A DNA stretch of 36,319 nucleotides from Octopus bimaculoides (GCF_001194135.2 NC_068984.1:69484790-69521108), one strand, 5' to 3'. Shown: positions 1-10,221, counted from the stretch's first letter. Program-made: numbers and translations. The notes: generated by a model from the letters alone, not told the origin.

Positions 1-228
1 TGGCACATAAAAGACACCATTTCGAGCGTGGCCGTTTTCGTGCGGGTGACACGTAAAACACCCACTACACTCTCTGAGTGGTTGGCGTTAGGAAGGGCAT
101 CCAGCTGTAGAAACTCTGCCAAATCAGACTGGAGCCTGGTGTTGCCATCCGGTTTCACCAGCCCTCAGTCAAATCGTCCAACCCATGCTAGCATGGAAAG
201 CGGACGTTAAACGATGATGATGATGATG
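1..228 (+). mobile_element. 3' end of RTE-clade LINE (or RTE-tailed SINE), ending in a (GAT)n tail; 5' part cut by the window edge
   Basis: Same 3' tail as 11225-12105, where it follows RTE RT C-terminal coding sequence. Terminal palindrome CCATGCTAGCATGG at 183-196, then GAAAGCGGACGTTAAAC(GAT)n. Confidence 0.8.
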
Positions 229-231
229 GGC

Positions 232-745
232 TCTCAGGTGATTGTAAAGAACCATAATTTTTCAATGCACTTATTAACTTTCTTTGATGAAACTATTGGT
301 GATTTTTCACTGATGGTGGCTAGTCATCTCTCTCTAATCTGGTGCTTTTGGTCCTCCATGCCTTTTAAGTCTTGCTCAAAGTACTCACAGCCAAAATGAC
401 AGAACTTCATTGCTTTCTATCCTTTGTGACAGTTTCAAACCCTTTTAGTTGGATGCTGTGATGTGTGAAATTTTCTTTCAAGCCATCTTTGAACCTCTGT
501 GATGGTCTTCCATGATGTTTTCCTGGTGCCAGTTCAGAATGAAAGTTATCTCTAGGAGTCATTTATTGTCCATCCTTTCAATATGATCAGTTCGTTGTAC
601 CTGATGCCTAAAGATTGTTGTCTTAATAATTGCCTTTTATGCTTGCTCTGGAACATCAATGTTGGCTTTCTTTTATTCCTAAATATTTTCTAGAAGTGAA
701 AAATATGTTGCTCGATGAAGCTGTTCAGGCTGCTTGATGTAGCAT
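232..745 (-). mobile_element. Decayed RTE-clade LINE ORF, C-terminal region after the RT core
   Basis: Manual minus-strand translation with stops/frameshifts: DHIERMDNK*...HSELAPGKHHGRPSQRFKDGLKENFTHHSIQLKGFETVTKDRKQ*. Resembles the RTE GHVxRM...ELxxGKRxxG...KRxKDxLK...DRxxW region. Confidence 0.75.
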
Positions 746-846
746 TTACAAATAATCCATATCTTTCAAGCAAAAAGAAATTTATTGAGATCTATTGCTC
801 AGTACATGGTCAGCTCGATGGTAGTTTCACATCTATGTATAATTGA

Positions 847-1105
847 ACCAAAGCTTTTGAAAGCAAATGCTGTGAAGCTCTATGGGAAGCACTTCAAATA
901 CTATGCATTCCACTGAAATTCCTTGCTATCGCTTGCTTCTGTCAGGACCATATAAAGTATCCAGTGATATCATACAGATCAGTATTACCATCACATGGCA
1001 TAAAAACTGGTGTGAAGCAAAGAGCCATCCTTGCACCAACCTTCTTCTCACTATACTTCTGTGCTGCTCATATGATGACTGTAAAGGAAAATTGGACTCC
1101 TTTAC
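847..1105 (+). mobile_element. Decayed RTE-clade reverse transcriptase fragment (motifs A and B')
   Basis: One open frame: TKAFESKCCEALWEALQILCIPLKFLAI...HGIKTGVKQRAILAPTFFSLYF, matching the RT TKAFD...LW...GVKQGxxLAPTLF motifs. Ends at a (TGTA)n tract. Confidence 0.8.
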
Positions 1106-1106
1106 A

Positions 1107-1140
1107 TGTATGTATGTATGTATGTATGTATGTATGCATG
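1107..1140. repeat. (TGTA)n microsatellite
   Basis: Direct reading. Confidence 0.95.
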
Positions 1141-1661
1141 TGTAATAGGCTTCTGTGTAATTTCTATCTACTAGTTTCACACATGAAGTTTAGTTCAGCC
1201 CAAAGCTAAACCAGGTGACACTTGCCCATTGTGCAATACAGTGAAATTGATCCATGTGTTTAAAAATCACCCTTATTAGTCCCATAGGCTCTTTTGATAG
1301 TGGCTGTAATTCCAACCTGTGTAAGCATCAAGCGGTTCCTCTTTGGCTTTGCTATTACTTGGAAGATTTGACAAGAAACATGAAAATTTGTCTGACCAAA
1401 TACTATTTTCTTCTTAAATAGATTATATAAAACTAAAAAGCTTTGTTATATTTTCATTCGTGATATTAATATATTTTCACTGATATTGAACTACCTACAT
1501 CATATTACAAGGAATTTATTTTTCTATCAACATCCAGTATTAAATGTAATAAAATTTGTTTCATCAAATCATATACCACTCATACAAACTTAAGAAAAAC
1601 ACTATGGAGATAATGCTTCATAATATATTGAATAAATAACAACATTGATGTTTCATCCAAT

Positions 1662-1891
1662 AATAATGATGATGATGATGATGATGATAATAATAATAAT
1701 CTTTTCTACTATAGGCACAAGGCCTGAAATTTTGTGAGAAGAGACTAGTTGATTACATTGACTCCAGTGTTTGATTGGCATTTATTTCATCAACTCTGAA
1801 AGGATGAAAAGCAAAGTCAACCTCAGCAGAATTTCAACTCAGAATGTAGCGGCAGATGAATTACCACTAAGCATTTCACCCGGCATGCTAA

Positions 1892-1945
<54 letters not shown>

Positions 1946-2150
1946 TATCATAATGGTTTCAAATTTTTTGACATAATGCCAGTAAGTTTGGGGGACGAGG
2001 CAAGTTGGTTGCATCGTCCCCAGTGCTGAACTGGTACTTATTGTATCAATCTCAAAAGGATGAAAGGCAAAGTGGACCTCGACAGAATTTGAACTCAGCT
2101 CATAAAGAAGCATGAAGTGCTGCTAAATATTTCGCCCAGCCCCAAAATAA
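1662..2150 (-). mobile_element. Two tandem copies of SINE family B (about 1700-1890 and 1950-2140), each next to an (AAT)n/(GAT)n tract
   Basis: Shared core AAAGGATGAAAGGCAAAGTCGACCTC...GAATTTGAACTCAG (plus-strand reading), repeated many times in the window. Confidence 0.8.
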
Positions 2151-2335
2151 GTGAATTATGAAAAAGATCATGTAACTGCACCCTTACTCATTCTCTTCTC
2201 TTTCCTTTTACTCACTTACAATTGCATGGCACATCAACTGTTAGAATCTTTAAATGCAAAACTTTGTTGTTCCTTTATGTCTCTTGTTGAGACTTAGGTG
2301 CAGCTCATTAATTAAAGCAGAATAAAAACATAGCA

Positions 2336-2336
2336 A

Positions 2337-2395
<59 letters not shown>

Positions 2396-2491
2396 AAGAA
2401 GAAGAAGAAGAAGAAGAAGAAGAAGAAGACGATGACGATGACGACAACGAAGAAGAAGAAGAAGAAGAAGAAGAAGAAGAAGAAGAAGAAG

Positions 2492-2520
<29 letters not shown>
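2336..2520. repeat. Compound trinucleotide microsatellite (AAT)n-(GAA)n-(GAC/GAT)n-(GAA)n
   Basis: Direct reading. Confidence 0.97.
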
Positions 2521-2521
<1 letters not shown>

Positions 2522-2523
<2 letters not shown>

Positions 2524-2617
2524 TAGAGTCAAAATTAAAAGAAAAGTGCCATTGTTATCTAGTGAAATATCGTTCACTAGATAACAATGGCACTCTTCTT
2601 TTAATTTTGACTTTATA
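2522..2617. repeat. Near-perfect inverted repeat: 45-bp arms with a 6-nt loop
   Basis: Arm 2522-2566 matches the reverse complement of 2573-2617 at 43 of 45 positions; loop ATATCG. Confidence 0.95.
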
Positions 2618-2644
2618 TCTTCAGGAGGAATTATCTCAATCCTT

Positions 2645-2647
<3 letters not shown>

Positions 2648-2705
<58 letters not shown>
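2648..2705. repeat. (AAT)n microsatellite
   Basis: Direct reading. Confidence 0.97.
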
Positions 2706-2706
<1 letters not shown>

Positions 2707-2990
2707 TGACTTCTCATCTTAACACCCTGGTTTCTCATCTTAACCCATGCTGGCTTCTCATCTTAACTCATAGCATCTCATTTTAAGAATGGCTTCTCGT
2801 TTTAAGCATGGCTTCTCATCTTAACTGATTGGAAGCATTATCATGTACATGTTTTGTCTTGGTATAAAAGATGGCCTGCAGCAAATATTCTGCTCATTTT
2901 GGCTTTTCATCTTAACTGATTGGGAGTAATATCATGTACACTGTTTTGTCTTGGTATAAAAGATGAGCTACAGTAAATATTCTACTCAAT
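2707..2990 (+). repeat. Reiterated 5' junction: six short units with core TCTCATCTTAA, then an ~88-bp tandem duplication (2810-2896 / 2901-2988)
   Basis: Direct reading of GGCTTCTCATCTTAAC-like units separated by short variable linkers. Confidence 0.85.
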
Positions 2991-3424
2991 ACCACAAATT
3001 TGCTTGTCAGTTGCTTGACCTTAATCAGTTGAGCATGTCCCTTAGTGGCTGATGATATATGCATCTATAATCACAAGCAGAAGTAGTGGTGGGGGCATCA
3101 CAGCCATGCGTTGAAATAAATTCTTTGGGGTTTGAATAATTCACCTCTGGAAACATGGGTGTTTCATTCATTTTCCTTAAACAAACCCTATTAAGAGACC
3201 TTTTGAGTGGGATGGGCTACTCGACTTGAAGAAAATTTTAACTGAGCCCCACCTGCAAGGTCATGCATTGTTTATCCTGATATAAGACTACCATGTTGTG
3301 CACATATGGTTGTGATGTATGTGCCTGGTGTCCCCTTATCAGACAGGTTATCACGATGGGTATATTGGGCTTCATATATTCGTATCCCAGTGTCACTTTG
3401 ATGGCATGCACTGCTCTCTCACTC
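2810..3424 (+). mobile_element. Interspersed repeat (probable non-LTR retroelement 3' end) with (AAT)n tail, copy 1
   Basis: Colinear with 14324-14768. Both copies end at the same point (...GCATGCACTGCTCTCTCACT) followed by (AAT)n and have different 5' starts, as expected for 5'-truncated retroposition. Confidence 0.8.
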
Positions 3425-3495
<71 letters not shown>

Positions 3496-3507
3496 CAATA
3501 ATAATAA
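3425..3507. repeat. (AAT)n microsatellite
   Basis: Direct reading. Confidence 0.97.
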
Positions 3508-3860
3508 TCCTTTCTACTAGGGATACAAGGCCTGAAATTTTCAGGGAATGGGTAAGTTGATCGTATCAACCCCAGTGTTTCACTGGTTCTTAATTTACCA
3601 AGTTTGAAAGGATGAAAGGCCAAGTCGAACTCAGAAATAATTAGCATTTCTAAAATAGGCATGAAATAATAAATCTAAGAGGAGGAAACATTTTGGTTAT
3701 ACCAGCCTGTATTTAATTAGTACTTTATTTTATTATCTCTGGAAAGATGAAAGGCAAATAAGACTGACTAGGGCAGGATTTGAAGTCAGAATGTAAAGAT
3801 CTGGGACAAAGACAACAAATGTTTTGTTCAACATTATAATGATTTTGCCACTCCTGAAAA
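3508..3860 (-). mobile_element. Two further decayed SINE family B copies (about 3508-3640 and 3690-3860)
   Basis: GAAAGGATGAAAGGCCAAGTCGAACTCAG and GAAAGATGAAAGGCAAA cores. Confidence 0.65.
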
Positions 3861-5129
3861 CTGTAATTATAATAATGACTTAAATAGAGATACTCAGAAT
3901 GTTGGGATCGAAAAGTGAAACAAAAATAGATGTTTTGAAAATATTAAAAATTGATGCACAGAAATGTTTTTTATTCTTTTTGTCATGAGCACTGGATGGG
4001 ATGAAGATATCCTCAAACCAAATATCTAGCACAAATGCTTGCAACAGAGTGAATTCTGCTAAAGGCACACAAAGTGCCAGGTGGTGGTGTTTGACTAGGT
4101 GATGAATTAAATTTACTACTCATATAGGCCATGGTGAAATATGAACTTAGAGTACAAGGTGCCAGAACAAAAAGACCGAAGCATCTGAAATGACATCATT
4201 ACAGTTTCTGCAATCATCCACCAAGCACATATGGCCTCAGCAGGATTTGAACTCAGAGCACACAATTAGAACAAATATTTCAGTATTTGGCAGGCACCTT
4301 ATTTTATCAACCCCAGTATGATGAAAGGCAAAGTTGATCTCACACAGAGATACTTTCAGTTGTGCAGTTAAAATATGAAATAAAAATAAGACATAACAAT
4401 ACAAACAGCACTAGATTTAAGCATAAATTAAACTGGTTATAGCTTAGAGATTTATATATGTTTCCAGGTTTTTAGAAGAAACTTCTGGCATAATTTTTAA
4501 TGAAGAGCCTCCAAGAATTCTATAGCTCAGGGCCTTAGTGAAGCTAAATCCAGAATTGCATACAAATAACATTCTGCATCAACCAAAAGACAATGCTGAG
4601 CATATGCTTATGGTGGAGATAACTCTACCAAAGCTTACCATTTTTAAAATATGGAAATTATACAATGAATACATAATGTCTAAAAACATGCCCAGAAACA
4701 ATGCCTGGAAAAAAATGTGGGACTGTTGTGAATGGAATATCATTGATTAGGGATGATATGAGATTAAACAATAAAAAATATGTTGTTCCACTGGAACATA
4801 CATGTGCAGTTAATTGCAAAGTAGGAGCATGGGACTATTGAAAATGATAAAAATGATTCATAACATTTGCACAAGACATCAAATATTCAGGAAAGAGTCA
4901 ATTCAATTTACTACTGTAGTTGATTGATACTTTATCAAATCATGAAAGACAAAGCTGATCTCAATGAAATATAAATAGATGACAATAACAGTAATACATA
5001 TAGTGAATTACAAATCAAACTTTTATAAATGGAATTATTGTCTTATAATGTAAGTTCCCGGATCTGAAGAAAATGGCAGTAGTCTACCTCAACAAAAGTT
5101 AATCTATCAAAGTTTGTAGAAGCAAAGAA

Positions 5130-5455
5130 TAGGTGTGGCTGTGTAGTAAAAGGTTTACTTTCCAACCACATGGTTCTGTGTTCAGTCCCACTGCATGGCA
5201 TCTTGTCCAAGTCTTCTGTTGCAGCCCTTGGATGGCCAAAGCCTTGTGAGCTGATTTGGTATCCTGTTGCATATATATATGTGTATGTGTGGGTATCATT
5301 GTGTTTGCACCCTCTCCCTGGATAAGTGGTATTGGTTTCTTTATGTCCCTGTAACTTAGCAGTTTGGCAAAGGAGATTCATAGAATAAGTCCCAGGCTTA
5401 AAAATAAATAGTGGCCACAATCAAATGACTGAAACAAGAAAAATATAAAAGATAA
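5130..5455 (+). mobile_element. tRNA-derived SINE family A, decayed copy
   Basis: Head GGTGTGGCTGTGTAGTAA...TGTTCAGTCCCACTGC (A/B-box-like); body and tail CAAATGACTGAAACAAG colinear with 10556-10970. Confidence 0.8.
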
Positions 5456-5639
5456 ATATGAATATACAGTGAATTAGTTTTCACACTAAATATTAGAGTG
5501 AAAAATTTAATATTTTGAACAAGTAGTCCCTATTCAGAAAGCAGACCACTACAAAAGGTAATCCCAAGGCAATTTCTGTGCCTATTGTATTAGTCTCTGA
5601 ATACTTTCTCACTGAAGAAGGACAATCTGTTGGAAATGC

Positions 5640-6000
5640 TTTTCATATCAAATCACTCCACTGTATTATATATTTCTTTTCCATGAACTTAAATGCATTA
5701 TATTCAATTTTGAAATTGCAAATCCTGTATCCAAGTCATCATAAAGGATTATTAGCCAAGGACATAATGTTCAATTTTCCTTAGTGTAAATGGGGACGTT
5801 ATCATGTTATAGAACGCTGTTCTCATTAGATGATTGATGAATCTAATTTCTTTCCAGGTTTTAATAATCCTTGAAAGCATGTTGAATACTGAATGCAAAC
5901 GTGACTCAAAAATATTATTTACATCAATCTTTTAGAGTACATTAAGAGCCTTGATCACTGTTCATGTTACTGAGTATATAATATGAAGACAAGAAAATTA
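5640..6000 (+). repeat. Unclassified dispersed repeat, copy 1 (copy 2 at about 18085-18440)
   Basis: Shared blocks AAGTCATCATAAAGG, GATTGATGAATC(T/C)AATTTCTTT, TTTTAATAATCCTT, GTTGAATACTGAATG, AAATATTATTTACATCAATCTT, AATATGAAG-CAAGAAAATTAA. Confidence 0.75.
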
Positions 6001-6461
6001 ACTCAGAAATATCTCTTACATCAATCTCAAACTGGAAAAGAGTTTGGACTCTTTTATACTCTTATGAAGCTGATATATGGTCAAGATTGTTAATGAAATT
6101 GGGGAAGAAAATTAATGAAATTCTTGTAGTTGTCGTTTAGTATTAAATTGGTACTGAACTTGCAAACTGATAATAATAGGTTTTCTAGCTGTAATGTTCA
6201 TTGCTTCAGTAATTTTAGAAAGATTTAGTTCCTATTTCTTGAAGAACCTGTGACCACATAGAAACTTCCTCAAGTTAGCATTAATACTGACTTTATTGTG
6301 GTGTTTTAACCCCCCTCAATAACCGTTCTCAAGCAGAAATATAATCCTATGTGTTTCAGCTATGATGCTTCCATCTTTCTCTATAGTTAGCTTTATATTC
6401 TACAAATATCCTTCCTTTATGATAGTAGAAAATGATTTATGTGAAATTTGGTTGCTACTTC

Positions 6462-6949
6462 AGCAGAATTCTGCTTTGCACACAGCATATAACCCCTGAT
6501 CATTTTTTTATTCTTTCAAATTTTCAGAAAATATTTGTGAATTTTGTTATATACACAGGAATTCATACAACTATGCAAAAAAAATTTTTTTAACTTTTTA
6601 AAATTTAAGTTTCTTTTAATGTTTTGAATTTTTTTCTTTTTTTTCAAATCAGTTTAAAATATATACAGTTCAAATTTTTGGCTTAAATCCCAGACATAGA
6701 CTATTAAATGTCTTTATGGGGAAAAGATAAATATCAATATGTCTAAGTGACAAAAAAAAANNNNNNNNNNAAATGTGCTAAAGATAACAGCTTAATACCC
6801 CATAAATCACACAAAAATTCTGTTTTGGTTTTTGCATAATCGTATGATTTCCCCTGTGTAGAACACAAATGCACAGAAATTTTCTGAAAATTCCGAAACT
6901 TAAAAGATTTATGAAGGGTTATATGCTGTGCATAAAGCAGGATTCTGCC
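6462..6949. mobile_element. MITE/foldback-like non-autonomous DNA element with ~120-bp imperfect terminal inverted repeats
   Basis: 6462-6580 is the diverged reverse complement of 6829-6949 (GCAGAAT.CTGCTTT...CACAGCATATAACCC...TTTTCAGAAAAT...TACACAGG...TATGCAAAA). Possible imperfect 8-bp TSD GCTACTTC (6454-6461) / ACTATTTC (6950-6957). Confidence 0.75.
6761..6770. other. Assembly gap (10 N)
   Basis: N run. Confidence 1.
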
Positions 6950-6992
6950 ACTATTTCTGACCTGGAGGTAAACTGTAATTGCAACAATTATA

Positions 6993-7833
6993 CAGGGCGT
7001 TCATGCTAAATTTGACAATGATTCATGTCTCTTCATTTTCATGAACAACTTGATGTCTTGATGAACAGTCAACAGCACTGGAAAACATAAAGATTAAAGT
7101 TAAGAGAAAAGGTTAGCTGACACGGAGTACTAGAAGCCATCTGAATATAGGAAAAGAGTTAACTGTATCATGATGATTTGCACTGGGTGTCAATGCTTTT
7201 GTGAACACTAAAGGCTGTATGATGTGATATGGATATCATGAAAACCAAGTTCTTCAAACTCTGATGGTTGCTGGGTGTGTCTCCTGTGATTGAGATGTCA
7301 TAGCACTCCACATCTTTAGGTTCAATTCAGACAGCTATGTAAAACTGTTGGAGACTGTGTCAATCCCTGACTAGATAGGGTTGCTGCTGGAAGGTCATAT
7401 GTATGGAAGCAAGGTTCGGCTCCTTATCATACCTCTAGAAATAGTCAAAAGTGGTTGTCAGAAAATTCCTATGAATTCACCAGCCCCAATTTCTGGCCTT
7501 CCAATTCCACTGATTGTAATCCCATGAATTACTATGTGTGTGATATGGTTTAGAAAAACAGCAACTCTTTTACCAGTAACACAAGTCTGAGCTAGAGGCC
7601 AAAGTCAAAGAGGTCTTCAAAAACCTTCTCAGTGAGGAACACATGCACCAGGTTTTGAAACTGTCTTTCGGCTATGATGGAAGCTGTGGGTAGTTACTTT
7701 GAGTCAAATGTTATGACCCATTCATAATTTAGTTAATAGTTTTTGATTTCTTTATATACTTTTATTTTTGGATGGCATGTTGTGTTTTTATTTTTCCTTT
7801 ATTTTAAACCATCAAATCTAGCCAAGAACCCTG
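6993..7833 (+). mobile_element. Internally deleted, inactivated Tc1/mariner element, DD37D (maT) type
   Basis: TA flanks at 6991-6992 and 7834-7835. TIRs CAGGGCGTTCATGCTAAATTTGA / (rc) CAGGGTTCTTGGCTAGATTTGA. Translation ...RVAAGRSYVWKQGSAPYHTSRNSQKWLSENSYEFTSPNFWPSNSTDCNPMNYY has 37 residues between the second and third catalytic positions (7413 and 7527), which now read G and N. Confidence 0.9.
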
Positions 7834-8070
7834 TAATACTTATTTGATTGTAATAATTAAGGACCATGGAGTAGCATAAACTGTAGATATGATAATGTTG
7901 GGTCATTTGACAGTTAAAAATTTGCATCCAATTATTTGATCAACTGTCCATTAAATTAATGTCTAAATAGAGTAAATGTGTTTCTAGAATTCAGACATAT
8001 GATCATAACATAATTATTTGACAAAATCAGCAGGGAAAAATATGAGGATTTTAAGATTGGCATGCTTTAA

Positions 8071-8288
8071 CCCTTTTCTTATTATATTTCTCTTGAAGTG
8101 CACTAACTTCGTTCACATCCATTTTTAAAATTGTATATAATTTACAAAAATAACTGTTGTTATTAAACTGGTGTTTGGAACATAAATTAACCTGAAATTT
8201 TGATGGAAAGTTATAATTTAGATCTCTTCAAAATAGAGCTTTTTTCAGAAAACTTGAGGTGGCATCAGACAGGTTGGTATTAAAAGAG
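8071..8288. mobile_element. Short piggyBac-like non-autonomous element (TTAA target duplication)
   Basis: TTAA (8067-8070) + CCCTTT ... AAAGAG + TTAA (8289-8292); CCC...GGG-type termini with TTAA TSD are characteristic of piggyBac. Confidence 0.6.
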
Positions 8289-8601
8289 TTAATCATATAT
8301 CTAATCAATCAAGGCTGGCCCAGATCTAGACCTTGCCAATTATATATCTGTCAGAGACATAGCAAACCAACAGGGAGTAACATGATAGGAACTATCCACA
8401 AACTGATTGATAGTTTTGTACTCTACCACGGATTCAGAAAGCTGCAAGGTTCCATGAGTAATTGGCAATAAATATTGATTTCTAATAATCGCATACTTCC
8501 ATGAATTTTGTATAAAATTAAATCCAGTTCTTTGACAGGTACTTTATTTAGCCCCCAAAAGGATGAAAGGCTAAAATTGAATGCAGTAGGATATTAAAAC
8601 T

Positions 8602-8608
8602 CTGTGTG

Positions 8609-8672
<64 letters not shown>

Positions 8673-8700
8673 TGCGTGTGTGTGTGTGTGTGTGTGTATA
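8602..8700. repeat. (TG)n microsatellite; a second imperfect (TG)n tract lies at 8838-8910
   Basis: Direct reading. Confidence 0.95.
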
Positions 8701-9165
8701 CATAAATTGCCTGAAGTGTTGTATAGATTTTATATATTATATAAAAAAGAAGGTAGTCAGGATTTGGATAAAAACTTCATTTAACACTTTTGTCACTTTC
8801 AAAGATTCATCATGAATCCTCTTCAGGGATTCATATACGTGTGGGTGTGTGTGTGTGAGTGAGTGAGTGTGTATGTGAGTGTGTGTGTATGGGTGTGTGT
8901 GTGTGTATACATATATGTATGTACGCATTTATAGCATTGGGTTGTTAGGATGTGTGAAGATCAGCTCCTGGAAAAAACATCTTAAACCTCCAATAGATCA
9001 AAGCAACTAGAACTAAAGTGGTCTCTGGTTTAAATATATCATATATTATTACCAGTATACTATATATAAGAAGAATATTTCAAATTCACTCTACCTAAAT
9101 GCAGTTATAAGGGAAATTTCCTGACGTCAAAATATCAAATCTTGTTCAACATATGTTTTCAGCAA

Positions 9166-9710
9166 ATAACAGATGGATGATGTGTCAATCCCCTACAGCT
9201 GTTTCCAGTGAGTCCCCCCCGCCCCATCAGCACATGCTAGACTTACTGTCTCTCTTTTATAGTTTTTCCAGCCTTAAAGGGGGTGTATAAAAGGATGTTA
9301 ATCTGGTTGGCCTTAGCCCCAAAATCTCTTGTTGAATAAAAACAAAAGATAAAAGAAAGTAACTCTACCTTAGTTGTAGAGGCAAGATGCTTTGCTATCT
9401 GATTTCTCCCATACCCTATCCTCTAATCTCCTTAATTGCTATAAATCTTCTCTACCCACGCCTGACATCACAGCATTTTTTCCTGTAATACTAAACAAAC
9501 TGAACAAACATATTCATTCTTATGACTTGCACAGCTCATAGAATCATGAAATGGTATAAACTGTTGGCATTTGAATGTTTTTGAATGTTGGGATTCATGT
9601 ATTCACCTGATGGAAACAGTTTTTTCTAATGATGTAGTTTCTCTATTAGTCAATTAAAAACTCGTTGGAAACAGCTGTAGTGGATTGACACATCATCCAC
9701 CAATTGTTAT
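9166..9710. mobile_element. MITE-like element with ~45-bp terminal inverted repeats
   Basis: GGATGATGTGTCAATCCCCTACAGCTGTTTCCAGTGAGT (9175-9213) matches the reverse complement of 9660-9698 at 36 of 39 positions; outer ATAACA / TGTTAT. Confidence 0.8.
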
Positions 9711-9735
9711 ACATATATACATATATATTTGTAAC

Positions 9736-10221
9736 GGACACCGGTTTGTGTGTCACATGAGGCAGCATGCTAGAGGCAGCATTCGTCCTATTTTTCTGGA
9801 CTGCCATGGTAGCTTGGCGATAACTGTTAATACCCAGTACTGCTGCCATAGTCTCCTTTAGAGAGATTTAGAAATAATGATATTTCTATTTTTGAAAACT
9901 AATGGATGTGTTCAACAGACAGTCAACAGCGACGCCTGCTTTGATAAACCACATTGATAAAGCACAAATACCCTTAAACTAGTCTGTGGGTGTCTGAACC
10001 AGCAAGGGGAAGCTGATGAACTCCCCTGTTTGAAGGTTATAAAGGACACAGGTTTGTGTGTCACATAGCTATCTAGAGGTGATGGCCTCTTAGAGCTAAT
10101 TAATGGCATCATTCGTCTTATATTTCTGGACTGCCATGATAGCTTGGTGATAACTATTAATACCCAGTACCGCTGCCGTAGTCTCCTTTCGAGAGATTTA
10201 GAAATAATGATATTTCTATTT
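9736..10221. repeat. Local direct duplication: 9736-9891 and 10044-10221
   Basis: Shared GGACAC.GGTTTGTGTGTCACAT ... TTTCTGGACTGCCATG.TAGCTTGG.GATAACT.TTAATACCCAGTAC.GCTGCC.TAGTCTCCTTT.GAGAGATTTAGAAATAATGATATTTCTATTT. Confidence 0.9.

Noticed and set aside
2707-2826. CRISPR-like repeat-spacer appearance
   Set aside because: Repeats are about 15 bp with 3-8-bp linkers, the context is eukaryotic with no cas genes, and the unit derives from the adjacent retroelement.
1823-3662. ORFs with poly-I, poly-S, poly-F, poly-L, poly-N or poly-Y runs
   Set aside because: Translations of (AAT)n and (GAA)n microsatellites, flanked by SINE sequence.
4538-4890. Weak resemblance to the C-terminus of an R4/Dong-type RLE LINE (VGAW/GTIE...NIQERV)
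   Set aside because: Too decayed; no diagnostic CCHC or PD-(D/E)xK motif could be read.
10013-10045. CTGATGA hammerhead core word (also at 13525, 17178-17184 minus, 26362, 27744)
   Set aside because: None is followed by a stem II and GAAA at the right spacing.
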